Under the pieces are notes generated by a model. That model was not told the DNA's origin, ran no database searches, and worked only from the letters and a program-made list of their open reading frames with translations. Below are positions 1-8,060 of a DNA stretch of 64,000 nucleotides, piece after piece. Positions within the stretch are counted from its first letter, which is position 1. Every line of letters starts with the position of its first letter. The translations under genes were made by a program, and so were the position numbers. The DNA is from an uncultured Clostridia bacterium (GTDB lineage: Bacteria; Bacillota; Clostridia; TANB77; CAG-508), in the NCBI GenBank assembly GCA_934149075.1, contig CAKPDR010000009.1:1565-65564 (forward strand). Direction: 5' to 3'.

Positions 1-65
1 GCTTTTAACGCTCCTATATGTGCTGCTGCTTTTATTCCTCCTCCTGATAATGCTAGACCTTTCAT
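1..65 (-). CDS. patatin-like phospholipase, N-terminal fragment (gene continues beyond the window start)
   Basis: The reverse complement reads GGAGG-atgagt-ATG, then MKGLALSGGGIKAAAHIGALKA. The GGGxK glycine-rich motif is typical of the patatin family. Confidence 0.5.
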   Translation of the reverse strand, partial: MKGLALSGGGIKAAAHIGALK

Positions 66-182
66 ACTCATCCTCCCAATCAAATAATTTATATTTATTA
101 TATGAAAGTCCATTAAAATTGTTATAATTTTATACATATAAAAGAAACCACATTTGTCTCAAATCAAATATGGCTTCTTTTA

Positions 183-305
183 TTATATTTTTACATACTG
201 TACCATTTTTACAATTTCATAAATCATAAAAAAATTAGCTCCAGTAAGAATCAAAAAAGATATTACTGCAAATGAAAGCATTTTGTGTTTTCTAAAAAAT
301 TTCAT
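183..305 (-). CDS. small hydrophobic protein (40 aa), hypothetical
   Basis: Below the ORF-track cutoff. A GGGGAGG RBS lies upstream of the ATG at 305. Product MKFFRKHKMLSFAVISFLILTGANFFMIYEIVKMVQYVKI has one predicted TM helix. Confidence 0.25.
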   Translation of the reverse strand: MKFFRKHKMLSFAVISFLILTGANFFMIYEIVKMVQYVKI

Positions 306-469
306 ATAAAAACCTCCCCAAAAAGCAACTCGCGCTTTTAATATTAATTATAGCTACTTAATTTACAACATGTCCATAATAATATTTATATGTGAGATTT
401 TTTATAGTATTCTTAAAAAACAATGATTTTCATCGCAATAATCTACAAATTATATTATAAAATATATGT

Positions 470-525
470 AAGTGGTGTCCCCACTGGTAAATTTTTTTAC
501 CATTAATGAGTGTCCCTATTGGTAA
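470..525. repeat. two copies of the GGGACAC palindromic repeat (family 1)
   Basis: aagtggtgtccccactggtaa (470-490) and ttaccattaatgagtgtccctattggtaa (497-525). The same unit occurs at 7780-8053 and 17876-18013. The second copy supplies the last codons and the stop of uvrC. Confidence 0.7.
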
Positions 526-2302
526 AATTTAATATCCTTTGTGCTAAACTTTCATTAATTCCACTTATTTTAGTCAATTCTTCAATACTAGAATTTTTTA
601 TTTTTTCAACACTTCCAAAATGTTTTAATAATGCCTTTTTCTTTAATTCACCAATCCCTTCTATTTCGTCCAGCTCTGATTTAGTGATATCACTATCTCT
701 AAGTTTTCTATGATATGAAATTGCTGTGTCATGTACTTCATCTTGAAATTTTGTTATTAAATTTTTTAAGTTTTCTGAAATTGGTAATTCAATTCTATTT
801 TCATTCATCAACGCCCTAGTTTGATGTTTATCATTCTTTACCATACCAAAAACAGGAATATTTAATTCATATTTTGCTATTGCAGTTTTGGTTGCTCTTA
901 TTTGTGTAATACCTCCATCTGCAAAAATCACATCTGGTAGTCTGCCAAATCCACTAGAATCTGTATTTATTGAATGTTTTAATCTTCTTGTGATAACTTC
1001 TTCCATACATCTTGGGTCATCTTGACCATATACTGTTTTTATTTTAAATCTTCTTGACATATTTCTTTTTATTACACCATCTGCCATTACACACATTCCT
1101 GCAACTATATATTCTCCTGATATGTTTGAAATATCATATGTTTCTATTTTTCTTGGTAACTTGTCTAAACCAAGCACTTCTTTTAATTCTACTAAAATTT
1201 CACTTTTATCTCTTTCTTTATTATCTAATGTAATTTTTGCATTATTGTCTGCCATTTCAACAAAACGTAGTTTTTCACCTTTTTTAGGAGATTTAATTTC
1301 TACTTTTCTTCCCGCTTCTTTACTTAACCATTCTTCTATTGCATTTTTATCTTCTAATTCTTCTCTTACCATTATTTTATTGGGAAGATTTTGTGCATCC
1401 ATATAATATTGCTTTATAAATCCTGATATTATTTCTTTATCTTCCATTTCTTTTAAGTCTTGGAAAAAATAATGTTCCCTTCCTACCATTTTGCTTCCAC
1501 GTACAAAAAAGATTTCTACACATACTTCTATTTCTGATTTAGCAATCCCTATTACGTCTATATTGTTTTCTGTTATGTTTGAAACTTTTTGTTTTTCATT
1601 TACTCTTTCTATCGCTAACATCCTATCTCTTATATATGCCGCTTTTTCATAATTCATATTATTTGCTTCTTCTATCATTTGATTTTGTAAGTCTTTTAAT
1701 ACTTTACTTACTTTTCCATCTAATATATCTATTATCTCATCTATTTGTTTTCTATAATCTTCTTTAGATACATATCCCATACATGGTCCTAAACATCTAT
1801 TTATATGATAGTTTAAGCATGCTCTTGTTTCTGATCTAAAACTTTTACATTGTCGAATTTTGTATTTTTGTTTTATAAAATCTAACATTTCTTTTGCTGC
1901 ACCAGGATTTGCATATGGTCCAAAATATTTAGAACCATCATTTACAATTCTTCTTGTTATTACAACATTAGGATAGTCTGATTTTACATCTATTTTTATA
2001 TATGGGTATGTTTTATCATCTTTTAGTAATACATTAAACTTTGGTCTATTCTTTTTTATTAAATTGCATTCTAATATTAATGCTTCTGCTTCATTATCAA
2101 CTACTATATATTCAAAATGATCTATTAATGATACCATTCTTTTTATTCTTTCAGTTTTGTCTGTTTTTCTAAAATATGATTTTACTCTGTTTTTTAAATT
2201 TACTGCTTTTCCTACATATATTATCTTGTCTTCTGCATCATGCATAATATATACACCTGGTTTGTTGGGTAACATTTTTAGTTGTTCTTCTATGTTAAAC
2301 AT
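503..2302 (-). CDS. uvrC: excinuclease ABC subunit C
   Basis: 599-aa ORF with an N-terminal GIY-YIG motif (GVYIMHDAEDKIIYVGKA), a UvrBC-interaction region, and a C-terminal RNase H-like domain plus (HhH)2 (GIGELKKKALLKHFGS). Confidence 0.95.
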   Translation of the reverse strand: MFNIEEQLKMLPNKPGVYIMHDAEDKIIYVGKAVNLKNRVKSYFRKTDKTERIKRMVSLIDHFEYIVVDNEAEALILECNLIKKNRPKFNVLLKDDKTYPYIKIDVKSDYPNVVITRRIVNDGSKYFGPYANPGAAKEMLDFIKQKYKIRQCKSFRSETRACLNYHINRCLGPCMGYVSKEDYRKQIDEIIDILDGKVSKVLKDLQNQMIEEANNMNYEKAAYIRDRMLAIERVNEKQKVSNITENNIDVIGIAKSEIEVCVEIFFVRGSKMVGREHYFFQDLKEMEDKEIISGFIKQYYMDAQNLPNKIMVREELEDKNAIEEWLSKEAGRKVEIKSPKKGEKLRFVEMADNNAKITLDNKERDKSEILVELKEVLGLDKLPRKIETYDISNISGEYIVAGMCVMADGVIKRNMSRRFKIKTVYGQDDPRCMEEVITRRLKHSINTDSSGFGRLPDVIFADGGITQIRATKTAIAKYELNIPVFGMVKNDKHQTRALMNENRIELPISENLKNLITKFQDEVHDTAISYHRKLRDSDITKSELDEIEGIGELKKKALLKHFGSVEKIKNSSIEELTKISGINESLAQRILNFTNRDTH

Positions 2303-2492
2303 TTATTTTCCTCCTTTCGTTCATCTCTTCTTTACTCTATTATGATAAACTATTTTTACTCTTTTTGCAATAGCTTTATATATTGTTGCATTATTTCAAA
2401 ATAAGTATTTACAATTTCCCATTAATTTAATATAATAATTAAGCAAACTTGTTGACGTCCCATACTTTTAGTAATCTATGGAGGATCAAAAT

Positions 2493-2660
2493 ATGGCTAT
2501 TTATATAATTTTGTGCATATTTTTTTTAGCATTAGGAATTTTTATGCCTTTTAAGGATAAGTATGCAGGTCCTTGTGATTTCGGCATAGATGATGTTTTG
2601 CGTATAGTATGTATTAGTCTAGCATTAATTTTTTTTAAAGCTATTCTATCAAATATGTAA
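2493..2660 (+). CDS. small membrane protein, hypothetical
   Basis: GGAGGA lies 7 nt upstream of the ATG at 2493. The product is hydrophobic (MAIYIILCIFFLALGIF...). It is followed by the hairpin attgctc..gagcaat plus a T-run near 2673-2700. Confidence 0.3.
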   Translation: MAIYIILCIFFLALGIFMPFKDKYAGPCDFGIDDVLRIVCISLALIFFKAILSNM

Positions 2661-2834
2661 TAATTATTAAAATTGCTCAAGGGACGGAGCAATTTTATTT
2701 TGTTTTATACAATTTATAAAAAATTTTTAAATCCCCCAAAAAACACTTGTAACTTTTTACATTTTGCTATAATATATTAAAGTAAATTGAAATATACTAA
2801 ATTCATAGAAAGGAGTATTATCTTTAAATATATT

Positions 2835-2985
2835 CAAGCGCCAGAACACTTTGATCTTTGTGTTGACGAGGTCTAGAGTTATCGATTTTTCGGCGGATGC
2901 TCTAGTGGATTGCTTAATCCATAGTATTAAACAAAAATTAGCAGTAATGCTATAACAGACATTAATACATAAGCAGTATATTTCA
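2835..2985 (+). ncRNA. glmS: glmS ribozyme (GlcN6P-responsive self-cleaving riboswitch)
   Basis: Contains the conserved core AAGCGCCAGAAC...GACGAGG...TCGGCGGATGC directly upstream of the glmS start, in the canonical order. Boundaries are approximate. Confidence 0.85.
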
Positions 2986-3017
2986 ATTCCACAATTTTTT
3001 ATCAAGGAGGATTCACT

Positions 3018-4859
3018 ATGTGTGGAATTATTGGATATATAGGACATAAAAAAGCAAGTCCTATATTAATTAATGGTCTTTTAAGACTAGAATATAGAGG
3101 ATATGATTCAGCAGGAATTTCTACTGTTGAAAAAAATGGATTATCTATTATGAAAGACAAAGGAAGAGTTAAAAATCTATATAATTTAGATGGAATTGAT
3201 GATTTAACAGGAACTATTGGTATTGCTCATACAAGATGGGCAACACATGGAAAACCATCTAAAGAAAATTCTCATCCTCATTTAGATAATAGTAATAATT
3301 TTTCTGTTGTTCATAATGGAATTATTGAAAATTATAATGACCTAAGAAAATTTTTAATTGATAATGGCTATACTTTCCGTTCTCAAACAGATACAGAAGT
3401 TATACCAAATCTTATACATTATTATTATTCAAAAGATACAAAAAATGATGATTTAAAAGTTTTGCGTGCAGTTCAAAAAGCGTGTATGGATTTAAAAGGT
3501 AGTTTTGCTATTCAAGTGATTTCAAGCTTTATGCCTGATAATATGATTGTTATTAGAAAAGATAGCCCACTTGTTATTGGTAAGGGTGATGGAGAAAATT
3601 ATATTTCTTCTGATATTCCTGCAATCCTATCATTTACTAGAGATTTTTACCTTTTAAATGATTATGAATTTGCTGTTCTTTCTAGAGATACAGTTGATTT
3701 TTATGATATTAATTTAAATAAAATTGTTAAACCTATAAAAACTATTGATTGGAGTGCAAGTAGTGCTGATAAAAATGGTTATGAGGATTATATGTTAAAG
3801 GAAATTTATGAGCAACCTAACTCTGTTAGAGAAACAATAGGTTCTCGTCTACCTGAAAACGAACCTTGTAATTTTGATGATTTAAATTTTACTAAAGAAT
3901 TTTTATCAAGTATAAACAAAATGTATATTGTTGCATGTGGTACAGCAATGCACGCTGGACTTTCAGGTAAATCTGCAATTGAAAAACTTTGCAATATACC
4001 AGTTACTGTTGATATTGCATCTGAATTTAGATATAGAAACCCTATTATTGATAAAAATACTTTATGTATTTATATCTCTCAATCAGGAGAAACAGCGGAT
4101 ACTATTGCTGCATTGAAACTTGCAAAATCTAAAGGTGCTACAACTTTAGCTATTTCAAATGTTATTGGTAGTTCAATTACAAGAGAAGCTGATTATTGTA
4201 TTTATACTCATGCTGGTCCAGAAATTGCTGTTGCTTCAACTAAAGCATATACTGCTCAAGTTGTTTTACTTAATATTTTAGCTGTATACTTTGCAGAAAT
4301 TTTAGAAAGTACTTCAATTTTCGAATTAAAAGATATAAAGTCAGAAATTTCAGCTCTCCCTTCAAAAATTGAAATAGCACTAAAATCTGCTAATAGAATA
4401 GAAGATTTTGCAAAAAATATTTATCAAGAAAAAGATGTATTTTTCTTAGGTAGAGGTGTGGATTACAATACTGCTTTAGAAGGTTCTTTGAAATTAAAAG
4501 AAATTTCATATATTCATTCTGAAGCATATGCTGCTGGTGAATTAAAACATGGTCCAATTGCTTTAATTGAAAATGGTATTACTGTTATTAGTATTATAAC
4601 AGATAAAAACTTAGTTGAAAAAACTATTAGTAATATTCAAGAGGTTATTACCCGTGGTGCAAAAACTTTGGTTGTTACAAATCAAGAATTGCCAAGTAAT
4701 AATATCGATACAATTATTACTGTTCCTGATACTAATGTTTTACTATCACCTATCTTATCAATTGTTCCTTTACAATTACTTTCTTATTTTATTTCAAAAG
4801 AAAAAGGATTGGATGTTGATAAACCTAGAAATCTTGCAAAATCAGTTACAGTTGAATAA
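3018..4859 (+). CDS. glmS: glutamine--fructose-6-phosphate aminotransferase
   Basis: 613 aa with the MCGIIGY N-terminal nucleophile, two SIS domains, and the C-terminal KSVTVE. Confidence 0.97.
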   Translation: MCGIIGYIGHKKASPILINGLLRLEYRGYDSAGISTVEKNGLSIMKDKGRVKNLYNLDGIDDLTGTIGIAHTRWATHGKPSKENSHPHLDNSNNFSVVHNGIIENYNDLRKFLIDNGYTFRSQTDTEVIPNLIHYYYSKDTKNDDLKVLRAVQKACMDLKGSFAIQVISSFMPDNMIVIRKDSPLVIGKGDGENYISSDIPAILSFTRDFYLLNDYEFAVLSRDTVDFYDINLNKIVKPIKTIDWSASSADKNGYEDYMLKEIYEQPNSVRETIGSRLPENEPCNFDDLNFTKEFLSSINKMYIVACGTAMHAGLSGKSAIEKLCNIPVTVDIASEFRYRNPIIDKNTLCIYISQSGETADTIAALKLAKSKGATTLAISNVIGSSITREADYCIYTHAGPEIAVASTKAYTAQVVLLNILAVYFAEILESTSIFELKDIKSEISALPSKIEIALKSANRIEDFAKNIYQEKDVFFLGRGVDYNTALEGSLKLKEISYIHSEAYAAGELKHGPIALIENGITVISIITDKNLVEKTISNIQEVITRGAKTLVVTNQELPSNNIDTIITVPDTNVLLSPILSIVPLQLLSYFISKEKGLDVDKPRNLAKSVTVE

Positions 4860-4867
4860 ATTTTTAA

Positions 4868-4898
4868 AGGAGTTTACTATAAACTCCTCTCTTTTATT
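4868..4898. terminator. bidirectional intrinsic terminator between glmS and sigG
   Basis: 9-bp stem aggagttta/taaactcct with a 3-nt loop, followed by a T-rich tract. It lies between two convergent genes. Confidence 0.6.
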
Positions 4899-5667
4899 TA
4901 TAATATTTTTTTATATTTTCAAGTGCACTTTTTTCTAATCTTGAAACTTGAGCCTGAGAAATTCCAATTTCATCAGCAACTTCCATTTGTGTTCTTCCAT
5001 CAAAATATCTTTTCTTTATAATTTTCTTTTCTTTTTCATTTAATCTTTTAAGAGCTTCTGCAATTGTCATATTATCGGCCCAATTCTCATCACTGTTTTT
5101 TGTATCTTTTACTTGGTCCATTATAAATATACTTTCAGACCCATCATTATATATAGGTTCTTGTAACGATACTGGATCTTGTATAGCATCAAAACTAAAT
5201 GCAATTTCTTCTCTTTCTACTCCTAATTCTTTAGCAATTTCTTCAATTGTTGGTTCCCTTCCCTTTTCTTTATTAAATCTATCTTTATATTGTATTGCTT
5301 TATATGCTAAATCTCGTACTGACCTACTTACTCTAATACTATTATTATCTCTTAAATATCTCCTTATCTCTCCTATTATCATTGGTACAGCATATGTTGA
5401 AAACTGTACGCCTTGACTTAAATCAAAATTATCAATCGATTTTATTAAACCTATACATCCTATTTGGAACAAATCATCTGCATTTTCGCCTCTACCATAA
5501 AACCTTTGTATTACACTTAATACTAATCTTAAGTTTCCTCTTATAAACTCTGCTCTTGCTTCTTCATCTCCTTGTTTTATCTTGATAAATAGTTCATCTT
5601 TTTCTTTATTTGTTAGTACTGGTAGTTTAGAGGTATTAACTCCACAAATCTCTACCTTGTTAATCAA
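4894..5667 (-). CDS. sigG: sporulation sigma factor G (forespore late sigma)
   Basis: NKVEICGVNTSKLPVL...GNLRLVLSVIQRF...FSTYAVPMIIGEIRRYLRDNN...ISQAQVSRLEK matches SigG far better than SigF, SigE or SigK. I place the start at the TTG at 5667, preceded by AGGGAGG. The ORF-track ATG at 5754 would overlap ptsI. Confidence 0.85.
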   Translation of the reverse strand: MINKVEICGVNTSKLPVLTNKEKDELFIKIKQGDEEARAEFIRGNLRLVLSVIQRFYGRGENADDLFQIGCIGLIKSIDNFDLSQGVQFSTYAVPMIIGEIRRYLRDNNSIRVSRSVRDLAYKAIQYKDRFNKEKGREPTIEEIAKELGVEREEIAFSFDAIQDPVSLQEPIYNDGSESIFIMDQVKDTKNSDENWADNMTIAEALKRLNEKEKKIIKKRYFDGRTQMEVADEIGISQAQVSRLEKSALENIKKYYK

Positions 5668-5680
5668 ATAAAAAACCTCC

Positions 5681-5716
5681 CTTTGGAAAATAACGTTATT
5701 ATAATTATTTCCAAAG
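5681..5716 (-). terminator. hairpin after ptsI that overlaps the sigG RBS; its T-tract runs into the sigG start codon
   Basis: ctttggaaaataa (5681-5693) pairs with ttatttccaaag (5705-5716). On the minus strand the stem is followed by GGGAGGTTTTTTATTTG, which is the RBS, a U-tract and the TTG start. Confidence 0.45.
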
Positions 5717-5725
5717 AGAGCATTT

Positions 5726-7438
5726 TTATTCTTTATATGTTTTTTTATTTGCAAATTCTTTTAGTTTATTTTCAACTTCTTCCGCAGAAAATAAACCTAA
5801 AACTTCTTGTGCAAGCTCTTTACAATCATATTTCTCTAGTTCACTGATTCTTTTTCTAGCTTTTAATATACTATTTGAGTTCATAGAAAATTCATCTAAT
5901 CCAAGTCCAATTAATAATGGTATATATAGCTCGTCTCCAGCGGCTTCTCCACACATTCCACAGAATATTCCTGCATCATGTGCTCCATCTATTGCTAGTT
6001 TTATAAGTCTTATTACTGACGGATGAAATTTCGTATATAACTTTGATATCTTTTCATTTCCTCTTTCTGCTGCAACAGTATATTGAATCAAATCATTTGT
6101 TCCTATGCTAAAAAAGTCACATTCTTTTGCTAATCCATAAGCAATTAAAGCTGTTGATGGAATCTCTATCATTATACCAACTTTTATATGTTTTTTATAT
6201 GGTATATTTTTAGCGTCTAGTTCTTCTTTACATTCTTCTAATATCTTTTTAGCATCTCTTAATTCTTCAATTGAAGATATCATTGGGAACATTATTGATA
6301 GGTTTCCATAGGCACTTGCTCTTAATATTGCTTTTAATTGTATTTTGAATATTGCTATATTATCTAAGCATAAACGTATTGCTCTATATCCTAAAAATGG
6401 ATTTGCTTCTTTATCTAAATGTAAGTATTTTAATTCTTTATCTCCACCAACATCTAATGTTCTTATTATTACAGGCCTATCTTCCATTTTTTCTGCAACA
6501 GCTTTATATGCATTAAATTGTTCTTCTTCAGTTGGCATGTTTTCACTATCCATGTATAAAAATTCGCTTCTCAATAACCCTACACCTTCAGCTGTATTTT
6601 TTAAAGCTATGTCTGCATCAGCTGGTGTTCCAATATTAGCAACTAATTCAACTACATATCCATCAATTGTTTTTGTTACAGCATCTTTAAATTGTTCTAA
6701 TTCTTCTTTTTCTTTTATTAATTCATTTTTTATTTCTTCTAATTTTTCTTTTTCTTCTTTAGTTGGATTTAAATATATTTCACCTTTTTCACCATCTATT
6801 GCAACATAATCTCCTGTTCTAAGAATTTTTGTAGCTTCTTCTACTTTTGTTATAGCAGGAATTGCATGTGTTCTCGCCATTATAGATGTATGTGAATTTG
6901 TTCCTCCTAATTCTGTTATTATTCCAACTACATTTTCAAAATCCAATTTTGCAGTATCTGATGTTGTTAATTCTGTTGCAACAATTATTGTATCAGGATC
7001 TAATTTACTTATATTAACAGTTTCCTCATTAAATAATTTCGCAATTATTCTATTTTTGATATCTGCAATATCTCTTGCCCTTCCTGCCATATATTCATCA
7101 TCCATGTTTTCAAAAATTTGTATTACACTATTAAAGCCAATTTCTACTGCATATTCTGCACTATAATTTAAATTCGTTATTGCATTTTCAGTTTCTGTAG
7201 TTAGTGTTGGATCTTGCATTATCATTAAGTAAGCACTCATTATCTCTTTTTCTGTCCCACTTGATGAATTTACAATTTCTTCTGTTTCTTTTGTTACTTG
7301 CTCAAGTGCTTCTTTAAATCTTTTCATTTCTTTTTCAGAATCTTCTACTGTCTTTTTTTCAATTTGTCTTTCTTGATTTTTTAAAACAACTATTGTTCCA
7401 AATCCGATTCCTGTAGACACACCTTTTCCTCTTATCAT
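5726..7438 (-). CDS. ptsI: phosphoenolpyruvate--protein phosphotransferase (PTS enzyme I)
   Basis: 570 aa with the GGTNSHTSIMAR phospho-histidine motif and a PEP-utilising C-terminal TIM barrel (FFSIGTNDLIQY). Confidence 0.95.
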   Translation of the reverse strand: MIRGKGVSTGIGFGTIVVLKNQERQIEKKTVEDSEKEMKRFKEALEQVTKETEEIVNSSSGTEKEIMSAYLMIMQDPTLTTETENAITNLNYSAEYAVEIGFNSVIQIFENMDDEYMAGRARDIADIKNRIIAKLFNEETVNISKLDPDTIIVATELTTSDTAKLDFENVVGIITELGGTNSHTSIMARTHAIPAITKVEEATKILRTGDYVAIDGEKGEIYLNPTKEEKEKLEEIKNELIKEKEELEQFKDAVTKTIDGYVVELVANIGTPADADIALKNTAEGVGLLRSEFLYMDSENMPTEEEQFNAYKAVAEKMEDRPVIIRTLDVGGDKELKYLHLDKEANPFLGYRAIRLCLDNIAIFKIQLKAILRASAYGNLSIMFPMISSIEELRDAKKILEECKEELDAKNIPYKKHIKVGIMIEIPSTALIAYGLAKECDFFSIGTNDLIQYTVAAERGNEKISKLYTKFHPSVIRLIKLAIDGAHDAGIFCGMCGEAAGDELYIPLLIGLGLDEFSMNSNSILKARKRISELEKYDCKELAQEVLGLFSAEEVENKLKEFANKKTYKE

Positions 7439-7489
7439 ATGTTTCCTCCTATATCACATTGTTTATATATTGTACATAAACTGTATGTT

Positions 7490-7753
7490 CTATTCTCCTA
7501 AATTATTTTTAAAAGCTTTTAAAATTTCTTCCATAGCTTTATCTTCATCTTCTCCATCACATTCAATTTCAATTTCAGTATTTGTTTTTATTCCCAAAGA
7601 CATTATTCCTAAAATTGATTTTGCACTTACTGTTTTTCCATTTGCATTTATATTTATATTACAATTAAATGTACCTGCTAATTTTGCTAATTCTCCTGCT
7701 GGTCTTGCATGTAGACCTGTTTCATTTTTTAAAACTACTTTTTCTTTTTTCAT
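7490..7753 (-). CDS. ptsH: phosphocarrier protein HPr
   Basis: 87 aa from the ATG at 7753 (RBS GGAAG). Has His15 (GLHARPA) and Ser46 (KSILGIMSLG). The 27 extra N-terminal codons in the ORF track are a translation of the repeat. Confidence 0.9.
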   Translation of the reverse strand: MKKEKVVLKNETGLHARPAGELAKLAGTFNCNININANGKTVSAKSILGIMSLGIKTNTEIEIECDGEDEDKAMEEILKAFKNNLGE

Positions 7754-7779
7754 TTTTATAACTTCCTTTCTTACCAATG

Positions 7780-8053
7780 TTACCAGTAGGGACACCCATA
7801 AGTGGTCAAAATCTTTACCAATGGGGACACCCATAAGTGGTCAAAATCTTTACCAGTAGGGACACTCATTAATGGTAAAAGTTTATTATTTAATAATGTT
7901 TAAATAATAAATAATGAATATTAATATTAAATACTCTAACTTTTATTATACCTTTTACCATTAATGAGTGTCCCTACTGGTAAAGATTTTGACCACTTAT
8001 GGGTGTCCCTACTGGTAAAGATTTTAACCACTTATGGGTGTCCCTACTGGTAA
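7780..8053. repeat. composite inverted repeat of family-1 units: two 99-bp arms and a 76-bp AT-rich spacer
   Basis: The left arm (7780-7878) is three tandem units: TTACCAGTAGGGACACCCATAAGTGGTCAAAATCT twice, then TTACCAGTAGGGACACTCATTAATGGTAA. The right arm (7955-8053) is its reverse complement with 3 mismatches by my alignment. Confidence 0.9.
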
Positions 8054-8060
8054 CTCCAGA

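Noticed and set aside
2757-3047. 96-aa minus-strand ORF upstream of glmS
   Set aside because: It runs antisense through the glmS ribozyme core and the glmS RBS. It has no RBS and a low-complexity product, so I consider it spurious.
7754-7834. N-terminal extensions of ORF-track calls: HPr 7754-7834, gatA 35256-35342, RluA-family 50594-50629, DUF1294 17863-17895, and the free-standing ORF 7999-8196
   Set aside because: These stretches are translations of the family-1 or family-2 repeats (MGVPxGKDF, MYPVxxFP, MSVPTGK). Proper RBS-preceded start codons lie downstream.
7780-8053. Tandem 35-bp repeats that could at first glance be a small CRISPR array
   Set aside because: The units are contiguous with no unique spacers between them. 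The two blocks are reverse complements of each other. No cas genes are present. The same unit occurs singly at other loci. This is a dispersed palindromic repeat, not a CRISPR array.
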